Shown: positions 1 through 12,810, counted from the whole stretch's first letter. The stretch: DNA of 62,922 nt, filler included, from Octopus bimaculoides (GCF_001194135.2; 10 parts of 8 records of this genome joined end to end with filler, not necessarily neighbours in it), one strand, 5' to 3'. Notes: generated from the sequence alone by a model not told the origin. Program-made: numbers and translations.

Positions 1-37
1 ATATATATATATATATATATATATATTCATACTGGTA

Positions 38-350
38 CTCTATCGGTTACAACAAGGGTTCCAGTTGATGCCACCAACGAAACAGATCGCTCTTGAAATT
101 AACGTGTATGTGGCTGAGTACTCCCCATACACGCGTACCCTTAACATAGTTCTCTGGCAAATTCAGCGTGACACAGAACGTGAAAAGGCTGGTGCTTTGA
201 CACAGATGTACTACTCATTTTCGCCAACTGAGTTGACTGGAGCAACGTGAAATAAAGTGTCTTGCTCAAGGACACAACTCTTCGCTGGGAATCGAACTCG
301 CGACCTTACGTGCGTGAGCCAAATAGCCACTAAGCCACTCGTATTCACTT
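38..350 (-). mobile_element. tRNA-derived SINE, family A-related variant
   Basis: Minus-strand B box (GAGTTCGATTCCC, forward GGGAATCGAACTC near 288-300); body (gaaattaacgtg..gtggctgag..acccttaac..attcagcgtgacac) aligns by eye with copies at 41485-41740 and 62489-62883. Confidence 0.75.
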
Positions 351-1178
351 ACATACATAAATATACACACACAAACGCACGAAACGACTTACTTCTGTGT
401 AGTTACTGCTAATCAAATACTGCTTTCAAAGTATTGGTCTTCACAATTCAACAGAAAATAGCACCCGCCAAATGGCTGCAAATGGATTCAAGTCAGTACA
501 ACGCAGGAAATTTTAACCACAGCGTTTTACCTGCTCTTATCTGAGCGGTTTTAAAATTTCCGATGTCTCTCGTGGTCACCAGATAAAATAAATAACTTTC
601 AATTATCAATTCCCCCCAGTTGTTCCTACATAATCAACAACACTGTTGTTTCAAAGCGATTTTTTATTGTTTAGCGACCATTCTTTACATCTCAGTCATC
701 CTTCGGCTCTTCTATCAAAGTGCTACCGTTACCACACTACTGTGTTTATGCTTTCTATTTAATCTTTATAGTTGCACTTACTCTTAGCTTGATCATTTTC
801 GTCCTTCTATTAATAACTCTTTCCAGTGCTTTTCATTTCTATAGAATTCCTGCGTCTTTTTCGCTTCGATGATTCTACGACAGTTTATATGCATGACGAA
901 ATTTCGTAGTTTCTTGTATCCGCTGTTTTAGTTCGCACACCTCGTAATCTCTAATCATATTTCACGGTTCTATAGTAGGTGTGATGAAGGGCATCAGGTT
1001 GTAAAAATACTTTCCTATTAATTCACTATAACCCCCTTCCCCATTCACTAAATTCCACGTCTTTGCCAGGAAGAAGAACAGAAGGAAAAACGTTCCGTTC
1101 AGATAAATCAAATGATAAATCCATACGTATATTTATTCTAGTTACAAACAGATCCATAAACACATTCGCATACTTATT

Positions 1179-1212
<34 letters not shown>

Positions 1213-1487
1213 NNNNNNNNNNNNNNNNNNNNNNNNNNNNNNNNNNNNNNNNNNNNNNNNNNNNNNNNNNNNNNNNNNNNNNNNNNNNNNNNNNNNNNNN
1301 NNNNNNNNNNNNNNNNNNNNNNNNNNNNNNNNNNNNNNNNNNNNNNNNNNNNNNNNNNNNNNNNNNNNNNNNNNNNNNNNNNNNNNNNNNNNNNNNNNNN
1401 NNNNNNNNNNNNNNNNNNNNNNNNNNNNNNNNNNNNNNNNNNNNNNNNNNNNNNNNNNNNNNNNNNNNNNNNNNNNNNNNNNNNNNN

Positions 1488-1528
<41 letters not shown>

Positions 1529-1590
1529 GTACATATAGTTATATGTAGTTTTACATATACGCACATACACGCATACACACACGCACGCAG

Positions 1591-1621
<31 letters not shown>

Positions 1622-1922
1622 TATATATGTAAGTCAATTATCGGCTAAACAGACATACACACACATAAGTATTTAAATCTGCACATTTGTGCACTTGTAG
1701 GAGAGCATGCAAAATAAAAAAAAATATTTCAACTACTGGAGCAGAATACATCTCCAAAAGCCTATAAAGGCATTCGGTGGTATGTGTATTGTCATGAATA
1801 GAATTCCCCAAAATAGGTGCGGAACATTAGGTGAAGATCAAGAAAATGGAATTCAAGAATAACATGAGACACACAAGTGGTTATCTATAACACAATTGTT
1901 AATATATACATACATTCATAAT

Positions 1923-1979
<57 letters not shown>

Positions 1980-2234
1980 NNNNNNNNNNTTTCTTTTCAA
2001 CCAAATCCAATGACTAGACTTTTCCACTGTAGTTTGGATATCGGTCATGGTAATATTTTTACTTTACGATGAGTTAGGCCTAACGATAACAACAGTCGTC
2101 TCACACTCTACATCCAACTGCGATTGGAATATGCTCCGCTTTCTAACCTGCGTCTTCACATTTCACGAAGAGATTTCCATAGCAGTCAATCTTTCGAGCC
2201 CGATGATGAAAATAACACTGACATCTCATTTTAT

Positions 2235-2765
2235 ATTTACCAAAATTACATAAGAATATCTTGAAATACTAAAGAGTAAATTTATTCAATAAAATCGCCA
2301 TTGGCTTCAACCACACCCTCCAGATGACTTCGGAATCTCCTGCAACTCTTCTGGATGATCTTATATAAGTTGGTGAATGCTGCTATAATCCTTGCCTTCA
2401 GTTCATTTTTGGTTTTACAAGAAGTTTTGTTGGTCTCTCGCTCAACTACGCCCCACACATAATAATCGAGGGGATTGCAGTCTGGGGAGTTCAGTGGCCA
2501 GATGTTAGGGGTGATGTCGTCGCATAAATTATCTGACAGCCATGACTGGGTTCTCCTGCTCGTGTGGTATGGTGCAGAGTCCTGTTGTCAGACATAGGAT
2601 CTTCTAGCAGCCACCCTCTTGAGCCAGGCCAGCATTAACTCCTCCAGGCATTTGATGTAAACTTCCCTGTTGAGTTTGAGGCCGTATGGAAAGATGAATG
2701 GAGGCATAATGTTGCCATCACTAGTGATCACTCCAAACACCATGATTTTGACTGGATGTTTCATT
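2235..2765 (-). mobile_element. Tc1/mariner transposase relic, DD37D (maT-like) C-terminal half
   Basis: Manual translation: KHPVKIMVFGVITSDG...RSYV*QQDSAPYHTSRRTQSWLSDNLCDDITPNIWPLNSPDCNPLDYYVWGVVERE...GDFIE*; 37 residues between QQD and PLD aspartates; W codon mutated to TGA. Confidence 0.85.
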
Positions 2766-2789
2766 TTTTTTTTTTTACTCTTGGTACAT

Positions 2790-2910
2790 GTTTTGCAGAC
2801 ACCCTCACAAGGCTTCGGTCGGCTCAAGGCTGTAGTAGACGGTGTCACGCATCATGGGTGAATCCGAACCATCTGAGTGAGAAGCAAACTTCTCACCACA
2901 CAGCCATGCT
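2790..2910 (-). mobile_element. degenerate CORE-like tRNA SINE head
   Basis: Reverse complement gctgtgtggtgagaagtttgct...ctactacagccttgagccgaccgaagccttgtgag matches copies at 15325-15475 and 31533-31690. Confidence 0.55.
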
Positions 2911-4120
2911 TATTATCATTTATTTTATTGTTCAATACTGGCTTGGCATTCACTTTTCACAATTGTAATCAAATCGTCTGCTTCACATTTCGTCCAATTT
3001 TTTAATTTGTCTTTGATNNNNNNNNNNNNNNNNNNNNNNNNNNNNNNNNNNNNNNNNNNNNNNNNNNNNNNNNNNNNNNNNNNNNNNNNNNNNNNNNNNN
3101 NNNNNNNNNNNNNNNNNNNNNNNNNNNNNNNNNNNNNNNNNNNNNNNNNNNNNNNNNNNNNNNNNNNNNNNNNNNNNNNNNNNNNNNNNNNNNNNNNNNN
3201 NNNNNNNNNNNNNNNNNNNNNNNNNNNNNNNNNNNNNNNNNNNNNNNNNNNNNNNNNNNNNNNNNNNNNNNNNNNNNNNNNNNNNNNNNNNNNNNNNNNN
3301 NNNNNNNNNNNNNNNNNNNNNNNNNNNNNNNNNNNNNNNNNNNNNNNNNNNNNNNNNNNNNNNNNNNNACAATATCATTTTCAAAAATATACACTTTCCT
3401 GTATCTCTGGCGTGAGCATAAATTCATTTGAGATGCCCACATATGGCTTGCAAACGAATGTACAAATGGCGAAAAATCGGTGCACCTCCTCTATCCAGAA
3501 CTAGTTAAAACAACACATTCTTTCGTGTGCTATATGGAGCACTAACATCTACCTCTCTTATAATGAAGGAAAGTCAGAAAAAAAACCTCTCATCGCTGTA
3601 TAAATATTCCGTTTGGGACTTGAATTCGTTGGAATGAGATTCATTGAAGCGTGCTTCCAAATGTCAGAATATATCTCCGTAGCAAGTGGGATATTAAAGG
3701 GTTTGATGAGTATAAGATCAAGTTGTGGGGCGCAATACTTGAGTGTAAACATTTCCGCCCTTAGCATATGTATATGCAGAGTGAGGGGCAGGTGTAGACG
3801 AGAGAGTTTTGTAACACCCTCATCCTGTTTACAAGTTAGGTAATCTTATCTGTATGGGCTATAGTATTGTAGGTTCGTGGGGGCCGGCATATTAAAGAAC
3901 AGACCCAACGTTTCCTCTTTGTGTCGTCAAAGGACACTAAAAGAGGTTGAGATAGGATTTGCTCTCCGACTTCTCACTAGTAACGACTACCCCAAACACT
4001 GACGGGTCGGAGGATTGTAACCTGTATGGTGTGCAAAGTTGTCATCAGCTAGGAAGAAAGAATTACTAACAAATGGTGGAATGGTGGATGCAGCGTGCGC
4101 CGTTACAGTGCATGCTCACA

Positions 4121-4123
4121 CAT

Positions 4124-4183
<60 letters not shown>

Positions 4184-4255
4184 CACCACCACCACCACCA
4201 CCACCACCACCACCACCACCACCACCACCACCACAGCTGCTGCTGCTGCTATTAC
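4121..4255. repeat. compound trinucleotide microsatellite (TAC)n-(CAC)n-(CTG)n
   Basis: Directly visible; source of the poly-L/P/Y/H/T ORFs in the track. Confidence 0.97.
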
Positions 4256-4672
4256 TGTAGCAGATTTTAGTATTAACCTCCTTCATCTGAAGTTCTCTTT
4301 TCATATTTTTACCTTCAGTGTCAACATTTCAGCTGTTTTCATTTTCGTTAACAGCTAAGCACTTCCATGGGTGGCTCTCTTTTAATTCACTGATTTCAAT
4401 ATTTAAATTTAATCAAAGTTTTCAAATTTTAATTACTCTCCCACTTTCTTACAGTAACGTTGATATATTTGTTTTATCCGATAATAATTTCTATATAATT
4501 GCTGAATTTCTGAATCTATTGTTCATAATAGGTTCTCAAATTGGGTATTGCTTATTGGGAGCAGTCTTCTTTTTTTTTTGTAATGATTTATTTAGAGTTG
4601 ATAGTTTATAATTTGTTATAGCATGGTGCCCGGTTTATGCAGTATTGGGTGAGTCATGTCCACTATACAGAT

Positions 4673-5022
4673 CAGTTGTTCTCAACCAGGGTCCATATGG
4701 TCCCCAGGAGGTCCACATGAAATTTTTAAGGTCCACGCAACAAAATAGTAAATTGAGGATCCAAAGTAGCATTTTAAGGGGGCCTGAGAAAAAGAAATTC
4801 TGTTTCAGATGTATGTATTGATATGTATTGCAAGAAACAGCTAGGTTTCTTTCTCTAAAATTTTACATAATTCAACCTACTCAAGTAAGTGTGTGATAAA
4901 GCAAAACAGGAATTTAAAAGCTTCCATAAAACTAGTTATTAAACATCGAATTGCTGGTGGGGGTCACCAGAAGGAAATAATAATCGGAGATGTCAATAGA
5001 TAAAAAATTGTTGAGATCATCT
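4673..5022. mobile_element. hAT/Charlie-like MITE (old copy)
   Basis: Ends CAGTTGTTCTCAAC ... GTTGAGATCATCT; interior (gcaagaaacagctaggtttctttctct, actagtt..taaacatcgaat) homologous to 47864-48122. Confidence 0.6.
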
Positions 5023-6111
5023 TACTGCCTTCTTTTGGTTAGAAGACAAGCAATTAGCCCCTGTCTGGATAATATTGAAATGACTCATGGCTTTCTACTT
5101 CAGTCCATACTTCATTAGCTTCTTCAAAGTTCACCTAAATGAAAATTTAAAAGTGAAGCGGATGAGATGATCTCGAGCTAAATTTGCTGAAAGATTGGTG
5201 AAACTCTTTTGAATGTTTCGAGTGAATGGACCTACTCTCAGCATATGTCTATAAGCAGGAGAACGCAGTTGGGAGAAGGCACTTTCTCTTAAAAGGGGGT
5301 GTAATTCGGGATTTTTGGGTTTCCCAGCTTAAATCCAAGTAGCTACTTCGTACTAAGAAATTACATTTAATTTTCTCCTATACCGTTCCTTATGAATAAT
5401 TAATTCTATGCAAATCTCATAATTTTTCTCATTTATTTTTGTAACGAGTCCTTATGGGCCAAGCAAAGAAACGGTTACCATTATTACTATTATAATTTAT
5501 AATAGTGAGGATAGAGGTGACAGTAAAAGCATTAGTAGTGATGGTGGTGGTGGTGGTGTTGTTGTTGGTGGTGGTGTTGGTGGTGTTGTTGTTGGTGGTG
5601 GTGATGGTGATGGTGATGGTTGTGACTTTCTTAGACGGCCCACCAAAACAATTATTGGTTGTTGAAAGTAGGCGTTACCTAGATTAGTTTACCAATGAAA
5701 AAAAAAGGATGTCCCAATTTCGTCTCTACACCAGCCAGTGTGTGGGAATGAGAAATCAGTCTCCTAGTACCCCAACACTTCACCCGCAAGCATAGCTACC
5801 AATATCACTTATCTAGAGGAACCGTTACTTCAAAGACACGGTGACCTAGTTTCCACAATACATTATGCTACACAATTATACAAACATACACATAAACACA
5901 CACAATTGTGTGTGTGTGTGTGTGCACGCGCGTGTGTGAGTGTGTGTGTGTATGTGTGTGTATGCATATTAGTGTATATATGGGCATATACATATACATA
6001 CACACAAATGGATATAGTTGTTCCACAAAATATGATGATAGATGCACACAGATATATCGATGTGTATGTATGTATATAAAGTTGTTGTATATGTATGAGT
6101 GAGTGTGTATG

Positions 6112-6153
<42 letters not shown>

Positions 6154-6183
6154 TATATATATATATATACATTATTATTGGTT

Positions 6184-6258
6184 TTGTCTTAATAACTGAT
6201 GAAATGCCGGAGCAGACTTCAGCCCCGGTATCCGAAACTCTGAGTTTTATTGTGACAA
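6184..6258 (+). ncRNA. type I hammerhead ribozyme motif
   Basis: CTGATGA 6196-6202; helix II ATGCCGG/CCGGTAT; GAAA 6234-6237; helix III ACTC-t-GAGT; GUU triplet (cut after 6246); helix I TAATAA/TTATTG plus TTGTC/GACAA. Confidence 0.65.
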
Positions 6259-6656
6259 CCAACTAATTGTCACATATTATGTATGTATGTATGTATGTAT
6301 GTATGCATGTATGTATATATATATATATNNNNNNNNNNNNNNNNNNNNNNNNNNNNNNNNNNNNNNNNNNNNNNNNNNNNNNNNNNNNNNNNNNNNNNNN
6401 NNNNNNNNNNNNNNNNNNNNNNNNNNNNNNNNNNNNNNNNNNNNNNNNNNNNNNNNNNNNNNNNNNNNNNNNNNNNNNNNNNNNNNNNNNNNNNNNNNNN
6501 NNNNNNNNNNNNNNNNNNNNNNNNNNNNNNNNNNNNNNNNNNNNNNNNNNNNNNNNNNNNNNNNNNNNNNNNNNNNNNNNNNNNNNNNNNNNNNNNNNNN
6601 NNNNNNNNNNNNNNNNNNNNNNNNNNNNNNNNNNNNNNNNNNNNNNNNNNNNNNNN

Positions 6657-6704
<48 letters not shown>

Positions 6705-6754
6705 ACACACATACACACACAAACGACCCCTACACACACACAATCTCTACCTCT

Positions 6755-7260
6755 AACTGCCCAAAAATATCGTCAAGGTGCTACCTTCCTATGCGACATG
6801 ACGTTGTCGCAAAAATAATACACAATGCCTTTCGGAAAAAGACTTTTCTGGAATAAATATAGAGAATCCCCTGTTATTGAATACGTACACAAATGCCATT
6901 AAAACATCTCTCAAGAGTAAGCATAACAGGCCAGATACTCTTTGAGACATACAAGAAAGGTCAGCTGTCCTGCTAATGTTAATAACTCTCTGTAAATCAA
7001 TGAGAAAGTAGACAACTATGGACAACTGCTTCGAAACCTCTAGCATCTATATAGTTAGGCATTTACTTACAAAACCAACTGCTCCAATTATTATTGGAGC
7101 AGTTGGTTTTGTAAGTAAATGCCTAACTATCAGTCTGACAGAAAAAGAAATAAACCAACTAATTCGCACATTACAAATACAATCTGTAAGCGGAACAGTA
7201 AAAGTATGCAAGGCTTTTCTCATTGTTTTTGTTATATACTTTCCAAAGATAGAATTTTGT
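6755..7260 (+). mobile_element. non-LTR retrotransposon relic with restriction-like endonuclease (R4/Dong/NeSL-type) C-terminus
   Basis: Broken frames give CPKISSRCYLPMRHDVVAKIIHNAF, KHNRPD, EKVDNYGQLLRNL and PIIIGAVGFVSKCL...LQIQSVSGTVKVCKAFL; parallels the 10480-11440 copy. Confidence 0.75.
7051..7130. repeat. perfect 80-bp palindrome (38-bp arms, 4-nt loop TATT)
   Basis: 7051-7088 is the exact reverse complement of 7093-7130. Confidence 0.97.
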
Positions 7261-8239
7261 TCCTTTATTAGAAACAAGATCCTTCTTTAGTAGGAGAATT
7301 TAAATGATAAAAATACAGAGGAGACATGCTCACGTATATATACACATACATACATATATGCATCCATACATACATCTTATACATAAATGGCAATTTCTCT
7401 TGGACGATCTGTCTGTTACCAACTTGGTGCCTACACCAGTGAACGACCCAATCTTGACGAAACTTTACATACATGTTAAATTAGCATCCAGTTCAATTAT
7501 AGGCTGATTGGATTTCAATAAAAATCTATAATGGGCTCTCTAAGAGGGGTTGGGCTATCATTTGATAAAATGGGAAAGAGTGCAAAGAGTGTTAGTATGA
7601 GGGAAATGTGGTGGCATAGTGAGTGTGGCTAATATCATGAAACTGAAGAACAGTGTTGTGTAAGAGACAAATGTGGAGCGGCATTGGGGTGTAACATTAA
7701 TACAGCTGTCATTCAGGGATATACACGCGAGACTACATACATACTTTCGATAATACATAGATACATGTATACACACACACACACACTACACACACATGCA
7801 CATACACATACCTAACTTTTAAAACACCGAAGAATGGAAAAAAGGTGAGTGTGAGGAATATGTAGCTTTAAAGAGAGAGGGGTTTGGTGGCTTTTTGCTG
7901 TCCATCGCAAAGAAACACTCACACACAGACACACACACATACATATATATGCATACATACATATCTACACATGTCTACTGTACGCCATTTTAAAATCATG
8001 ACCACTTGTGTGTAAATTTTGAAATGTGTGTGTGTGGAGGGTCAAAGATGGGAACAAAAACAGGACAGTGGAGACATACAAGGAAACCGAACGAAAATAT
8101 ACATGGAGGATCGTTAGACCAGATTGAGAGGAAAACAGTGAACGCTGGGAGAAATATTTTCTTTGAAAAGACAAAAGATATAAGAGAGAGATATATACAA
8201 TTATCTATGTACACTTATATACGCACACGCATGCATAGG

Positions 8240-8384
8240 TACTGCGCCGGGCACGCTGCTTAGCGGCATTTCGTCTATCTTTACGTTTTGAGTTCAAATT
8301 TCGCCTAGATTGAGCCCCTGTGGGCGAGGTAACCGACTTACCCTCTGCTCCTAAAATTGCTAGCCTTGTACCAAAATTTAAAAC

Positions 8385-8440
<56 letters not shown>
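8240..8440 (+). mobile_element. family D tRNA-type SINE with (ATT)n tail
   Basis: gcttagcggcatttcgtctatctttacgttttgagttcaaatt head and cttgtaccaaaatttaaaacc-(ATT)n tail. Confidence 0.65.
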
Positions 8441-8441
<1 letters not shown>

Positions 8442-10185
8442 CAATCTCCCATTCTCACATAAAATTGAGTATGTTCACATTTGGAGTGGGATAAGCTTCT
8501 CCATGCTTAAAATGCATGAGAAGCCGTACTTTCTGACGACACCACACACACACACACACGCGCGCACATACACTCATACGTTTAGCAAAAGATAAAAAAT
8601 TGCAAGANNNNNNNNNNNNNNNNNNNNNNNNNNNNNNNNNNNNNNNNNNNNNNNNNNNNNNNNNNNNNNNNNNNNNNNNNNNNNNNNNNNNNNNNNNNNN
8701 NNNNNNNNNNNNNNNNNNNNNNNNNNNNNNNNNNNNNNNNNNNNNNNNNNNNNNNNNNNNNNNNNNNNNNNNNNNNNNNNNNNNNNNNNNNNNNNNNNNN
8801 NNNNNNNNNNNNNNNNNNNNNNNNNNNNNNNNNNNNNNNNNNNNNNNNNNNNNNNNNNNNNNNNNNNNNNNNNNNNNNNNNNNNNNNNNNNNNNNNNNNN
8901 NNNNNNNNNNNNNNNNNNNNNNNNNNNNNNNNNNNNNNNNNNNNNNNNNNNNNNNNNNNNNNNNNNNNNNNNNNNNNNNNNNNNNNNNNNNNNNNNNNNN
9001 NNNNNNNNNNNNNNNNNNNNNNNNNNNNNNNNNNNNNNNNNNNNNNNNNNNNNNNNNNNNNNNNNNNNNNNNNNNNNNNNNNNNNNNNNNNNNNNNNNNN
9101 NNNNNNNNNNNNNNNNNNNNNNNNNNNNNNNNNNNNNNNNNNNNNNNNNNNNNNNNNNNNNNNNNNNNNNNNNNNNNNNNNNNNNNNNNNNNNNNNNNNN
9201 NNNNNNNNNNNNNNNNNNNNNNNNNNNNNNNNNNNNNNNNNNNNNNNNNNNNNNNNNNNNNNNNNNNNNNNNNNNNNNNNNNNNNNNNNNNNNNNNNNNN
9301 NNNNNNNNNNNNNNNNNNNNNNNNNNNGAGACGGCATGGTGATTGAAATATATATAGCGGCTGATTGATAAATTAGACAAAGAAAACACATAATTGCATG
9401 ATCCTTGTCGTATGGGGTCGGGTAGCTTTAATATAGAAAAATTCTAGTTCAGAAGATTGTAGCTGGCAGCAATAAAATGATAGGATTCGATCAGTGCCAA
9501 AGGTATGATCAGAACTACTTATCTGAGGGAAATTAGCAATAACCGTACTGATTGATAAAATAATTACATGACTCACGTGCGTGCGTGCGTGTGTGTGTGT
9601 GAGATTGTGTGTGTGTGTTTGTTTGTGTGTGTGCAAATGTGTGTATGCGTGTGTGTAAACACATACTCACACACGTGCATACACACACCACATATATATC
9701 TGAAGCGTAGACACAAAAATATACATAGTTACAAAGAAAAGTTAAATTCTTTTTTTTTCAGGTAACTAATCAAAACTATGACGGAACGAAGAATTTTAAT
9801 ATAAAGTTAAAATGGTGGAAAATATATATTTTATGTTAAAAAAAAAAAAAATCAACGGTACTGAATGAATTAATATGTGTGCATAGAGCTATGAAAACAG
9901 AAGAAACAGTGAAATTAAATGCATCAATTAGATATGCAGGAAAATAAGCATCAACATTTGTATATAGTTTCAAAAGCAAAAANNNNNNNNNNNNNNNNNN
10001 NNNNNNNNNNNNNNNNNNNNNNNNNNNNNNNNNNNNNNNNNNNNNNNNNNNNNNNNNNNNNNNNNNNNNNNNNNNNNNNNNNNNNNNNNNNNNNNNNNNN
10101 NNNNNNNNNNNNNNNNNNNNNNNNNNNNNNNNNNNNNNNNNNNNNNNNNNNNNNNNNNNNNNNNNNNNNNNNNNNNNNNNNNNNN

Positions 10186-10218
<33 letters not shown>

Positions 10219-10479
10219 CTGTGTATAAATATAAATTTACATGTATATATATTGTATGCATGTATGTGAGTATGGTGTATATATTTGGAGAGTGAACGAG
10301 CATAGCATACAACCATTTGTTATCTGAGTGACCCTGATGGATATCTTTCAATTGACGTAAAAACTGCGGCATGTACTGATTGCCCATTCCTTTTGTTTGC
10401 CCGTATATTGCACCGTATTGTGACTCTGAAAGGACTATCTTACCCAAGTTTATGACCATGAAATCAACAATATAATTAT

Positions 10480-11440
10480 GACAGCTAATGCACTTGAGAA
10501 GATATACGAAAGAGCTGATTCAGACTTCTCCCAAAGAAGCATTGGTAAAATCTAATTATAAGAACAACAGAATAAAAAATGGACCAGTTGACTGAGGAAA
10601 TGCTATATGGGTACTTTGCACGAAAAACACAAACACTTAGGAGCTCATCATGTTAAAAGCTTGGCATGGAGTACTGACTGGTTTATGACATGTCACTTCG
10701 AAAGCTGCATCTATGCAATCTAAGAACGAGAAATCCCCGTTAAATACATACAACATCAAAAGGCAGAAAACGTTAACAGAAAACAAATGTCGAGTGTGCT
10801 AGACCAGGAATGAAGGCATGAGCCATATTATTGCCAGCTGTGAGAGAATGTCTACTAGATATTATCTTCCCCTGATGCGGTGGCCAGAACAGGCTGGAAC
10901 AGGTGAACAAAAAAGAAAACGTCTACAGAAGTTGACCATATTGAGACCGATTGGTTAAAAGAATATCGATAGAACTTAGAAATTAAAGCAGCGCACAAAT
11001 TAAAATTCAACCGGCCAGGCATTAATGTGTGGGATCACAAAGAAAAGATATGTTCTGTTGTGGAAATCAGCTGCACTCTGGACACAAATATGGCGAAAAA
11101 AATACAAGAGAAAGAGGACATCTGTAGACCATTGATAAGAAGTTTGCAAAACCAGTATTTAAGATACATTTGCAGCTTCATATCTATAATTGTTGGAGCA
11201 ATAGGATACATTCCAGCCCATCTGGTGCAACGTATAGCTAAACTTGGGTCCTTGGGGGAGAAAACGCAAATCTTTGATTCAAATGCTTCAAATAATCATA
11301 GTATCTGGGACTATATAAATTTGCAAGACTTTTCAAGACTTAAAAGATGATAGTTAAAACAAGATGCTTCGTTCAAAACCTTACAACCAAGCTGGTAGCC
11401 GGTCACAATTTACCCTAAATTAAAAAGAGAAAGAAAAGAA
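10480..11440 (+). mobile_element. RLE-type (R4/Dong-like) LINE 3' relic
   Basis: CCHC knuckle ENKCRVC*TRNEGMSHIIASCERMSTRYYLP, then RLE motif FNRPGINVWDHKEKICSVVEISCTLDTNMAKKIQEKED and IIVGAIG; stops and frameshifts; A-rich end near 11420-11440. Confidence 0.85.
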
Positions 11441-11454
11441 AATACTTATACAAG

Positions 11455-11612
11455 AGGTTTCTTTCAATTTCTGTCTACCAAATCCATTCACAAGATTTTA
11501 GTCGGCCTGAAGCTGTAGTAGAAGACATTTGCCAACTTTCAACGCAGAGGGAGTGAACCCGGAACCATGGGGTTAGGAAACGTACTTCATACCACACAGC
11601 CACACCTACGCC
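11455..11612 (-). mobile_element. CORE-like tRNA SINE head
   Basis: Matches ttctttcagtttccgtctaccaaatccactcacaag...gaacccggaaccatg...accacacagccac of other copies. Confidence 0.75.
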
Positions 11613-11881
11613 TATTTTTCAAGCTGCACCTGATGACGTATGTCGTAGGTACTAAGTACCGAGTGATGAACTTCACTTTCTGCGAAATTCAAATTAACAT
11701 TTACACTTCGTAGTTTCGATGCCGCGGGTCTACATAATCTAGATAGATTCGAATATTAATTCATATGTATTTCCTTTTACTAAAGAAGGCCCTGCTTGAA
11801 TTTTATTAAATGCACCCAGCCTCAGTATAATATAAAATAAAATATATTTATTTCAATGTATAAGTGGGTGGTGGTGGTGGC

Positions 11882-11915
<34 letters not shown>

Positions 11916-12293
11916 TGCAGTACATTCACACACACATGCACACACATATTCGACAACAGATTCCGGCTACCGGATCCTTTTCAAGTATTGGTCGACTTAA
12001 AGATCAGATGAAAATGCTTGTGTGAAGTGCAAAGCAATGAAAAGGAATGGAAGTTAGAAGCATAAATTTGCAAAGTGAATTTCGTAACTAAATAACCATA
12101 TTAGTGCCTAAACACACACAAATGCACTCGTGCGCATGTACTGTTATGCGAAGTACATAAAACAAGAAAGCTGGTTGAATATGGATGGCAACTACATTGA
12201 ATTGTAAGGTGTTCAGAGTTGAACCCATAAAGCAGCTTCTCGTTGTGGGCGAGTGAACTCTCCAGACACACACACACACACACACACAGACAC

Positions 12294-12325
<32 letters not shown>

Positions 12326-12369
12326 NNNNNNNNNNNNNNNNNNNNNNNNNNNNNNNNNNNNNNNNNNNN

Positions 12370-12381
12370 TTAATTAATTAA
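12370..12381. other. artificial assembly spacer TTAATTAATTAA (first of nine)
   Basis: Identical 12-mer (stops in all six frames) embedded in 44-N flanks at 12370, 16609, 31450, 39267, 40815, 43188, 55674, 59311 and 61852. Confidence 0.9.
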
Positions 12382-12425
12382 NNNNNNNNNNNNNNNNNNN
12401 NNNNNNNNNNNNNNNNNNNNNNNNN

Positions 12426-12630
12426 TGTATGTGTGTGTGTTTGTGTGTGTGTTTGTGTATGTGTATGTGTTTGTGTGTGTGTATGTGTATGTGTTTGTGT
12501 TTGTGTGTGTGTTTGTGTATGTGTGTGTGTTTGTGTGTGTGTTTGTGTATGTGTATGTGTTTGTGTGTGTGTATGTGTATGTGTTTGTGTTTGTGTATGT
12601 GTTTGTGTATGTGTGTGTGTTTGTGTGTGT
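12426..12630. repeat. (TG)-derived hexamer array with ~90-bp higher-order duplication
   Basis: TGTGTA/TGTGTT/TGTGTG units; the 30-aa block HKHKHIHIHTHKHIHIHKHTHKHTHIHKHT recurs in the minus-strand translation. Confidence 0.8.
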
Positions 12631-12768
12631 ACACTTTGAACCTTTAACGCTGGCCAGTTATATATATATCAATCAAAGGACGCTGCATACTCGAAACCTG
12701 TCCTCTCTCTCTCTCCTTCAAGACCCGCTTCTTATCCTCTGTTCTTTCACTCATTCTAACCCCCACTG

Positions 12769-12810
<42 letters not shown>

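Noticed and set aside
9750-9830. Strong acceptor TTTTTTTTCAG followed by ATG
   Set aside because: The frame stops after eight codons and there is no clear donor; insufficient for an exon call.
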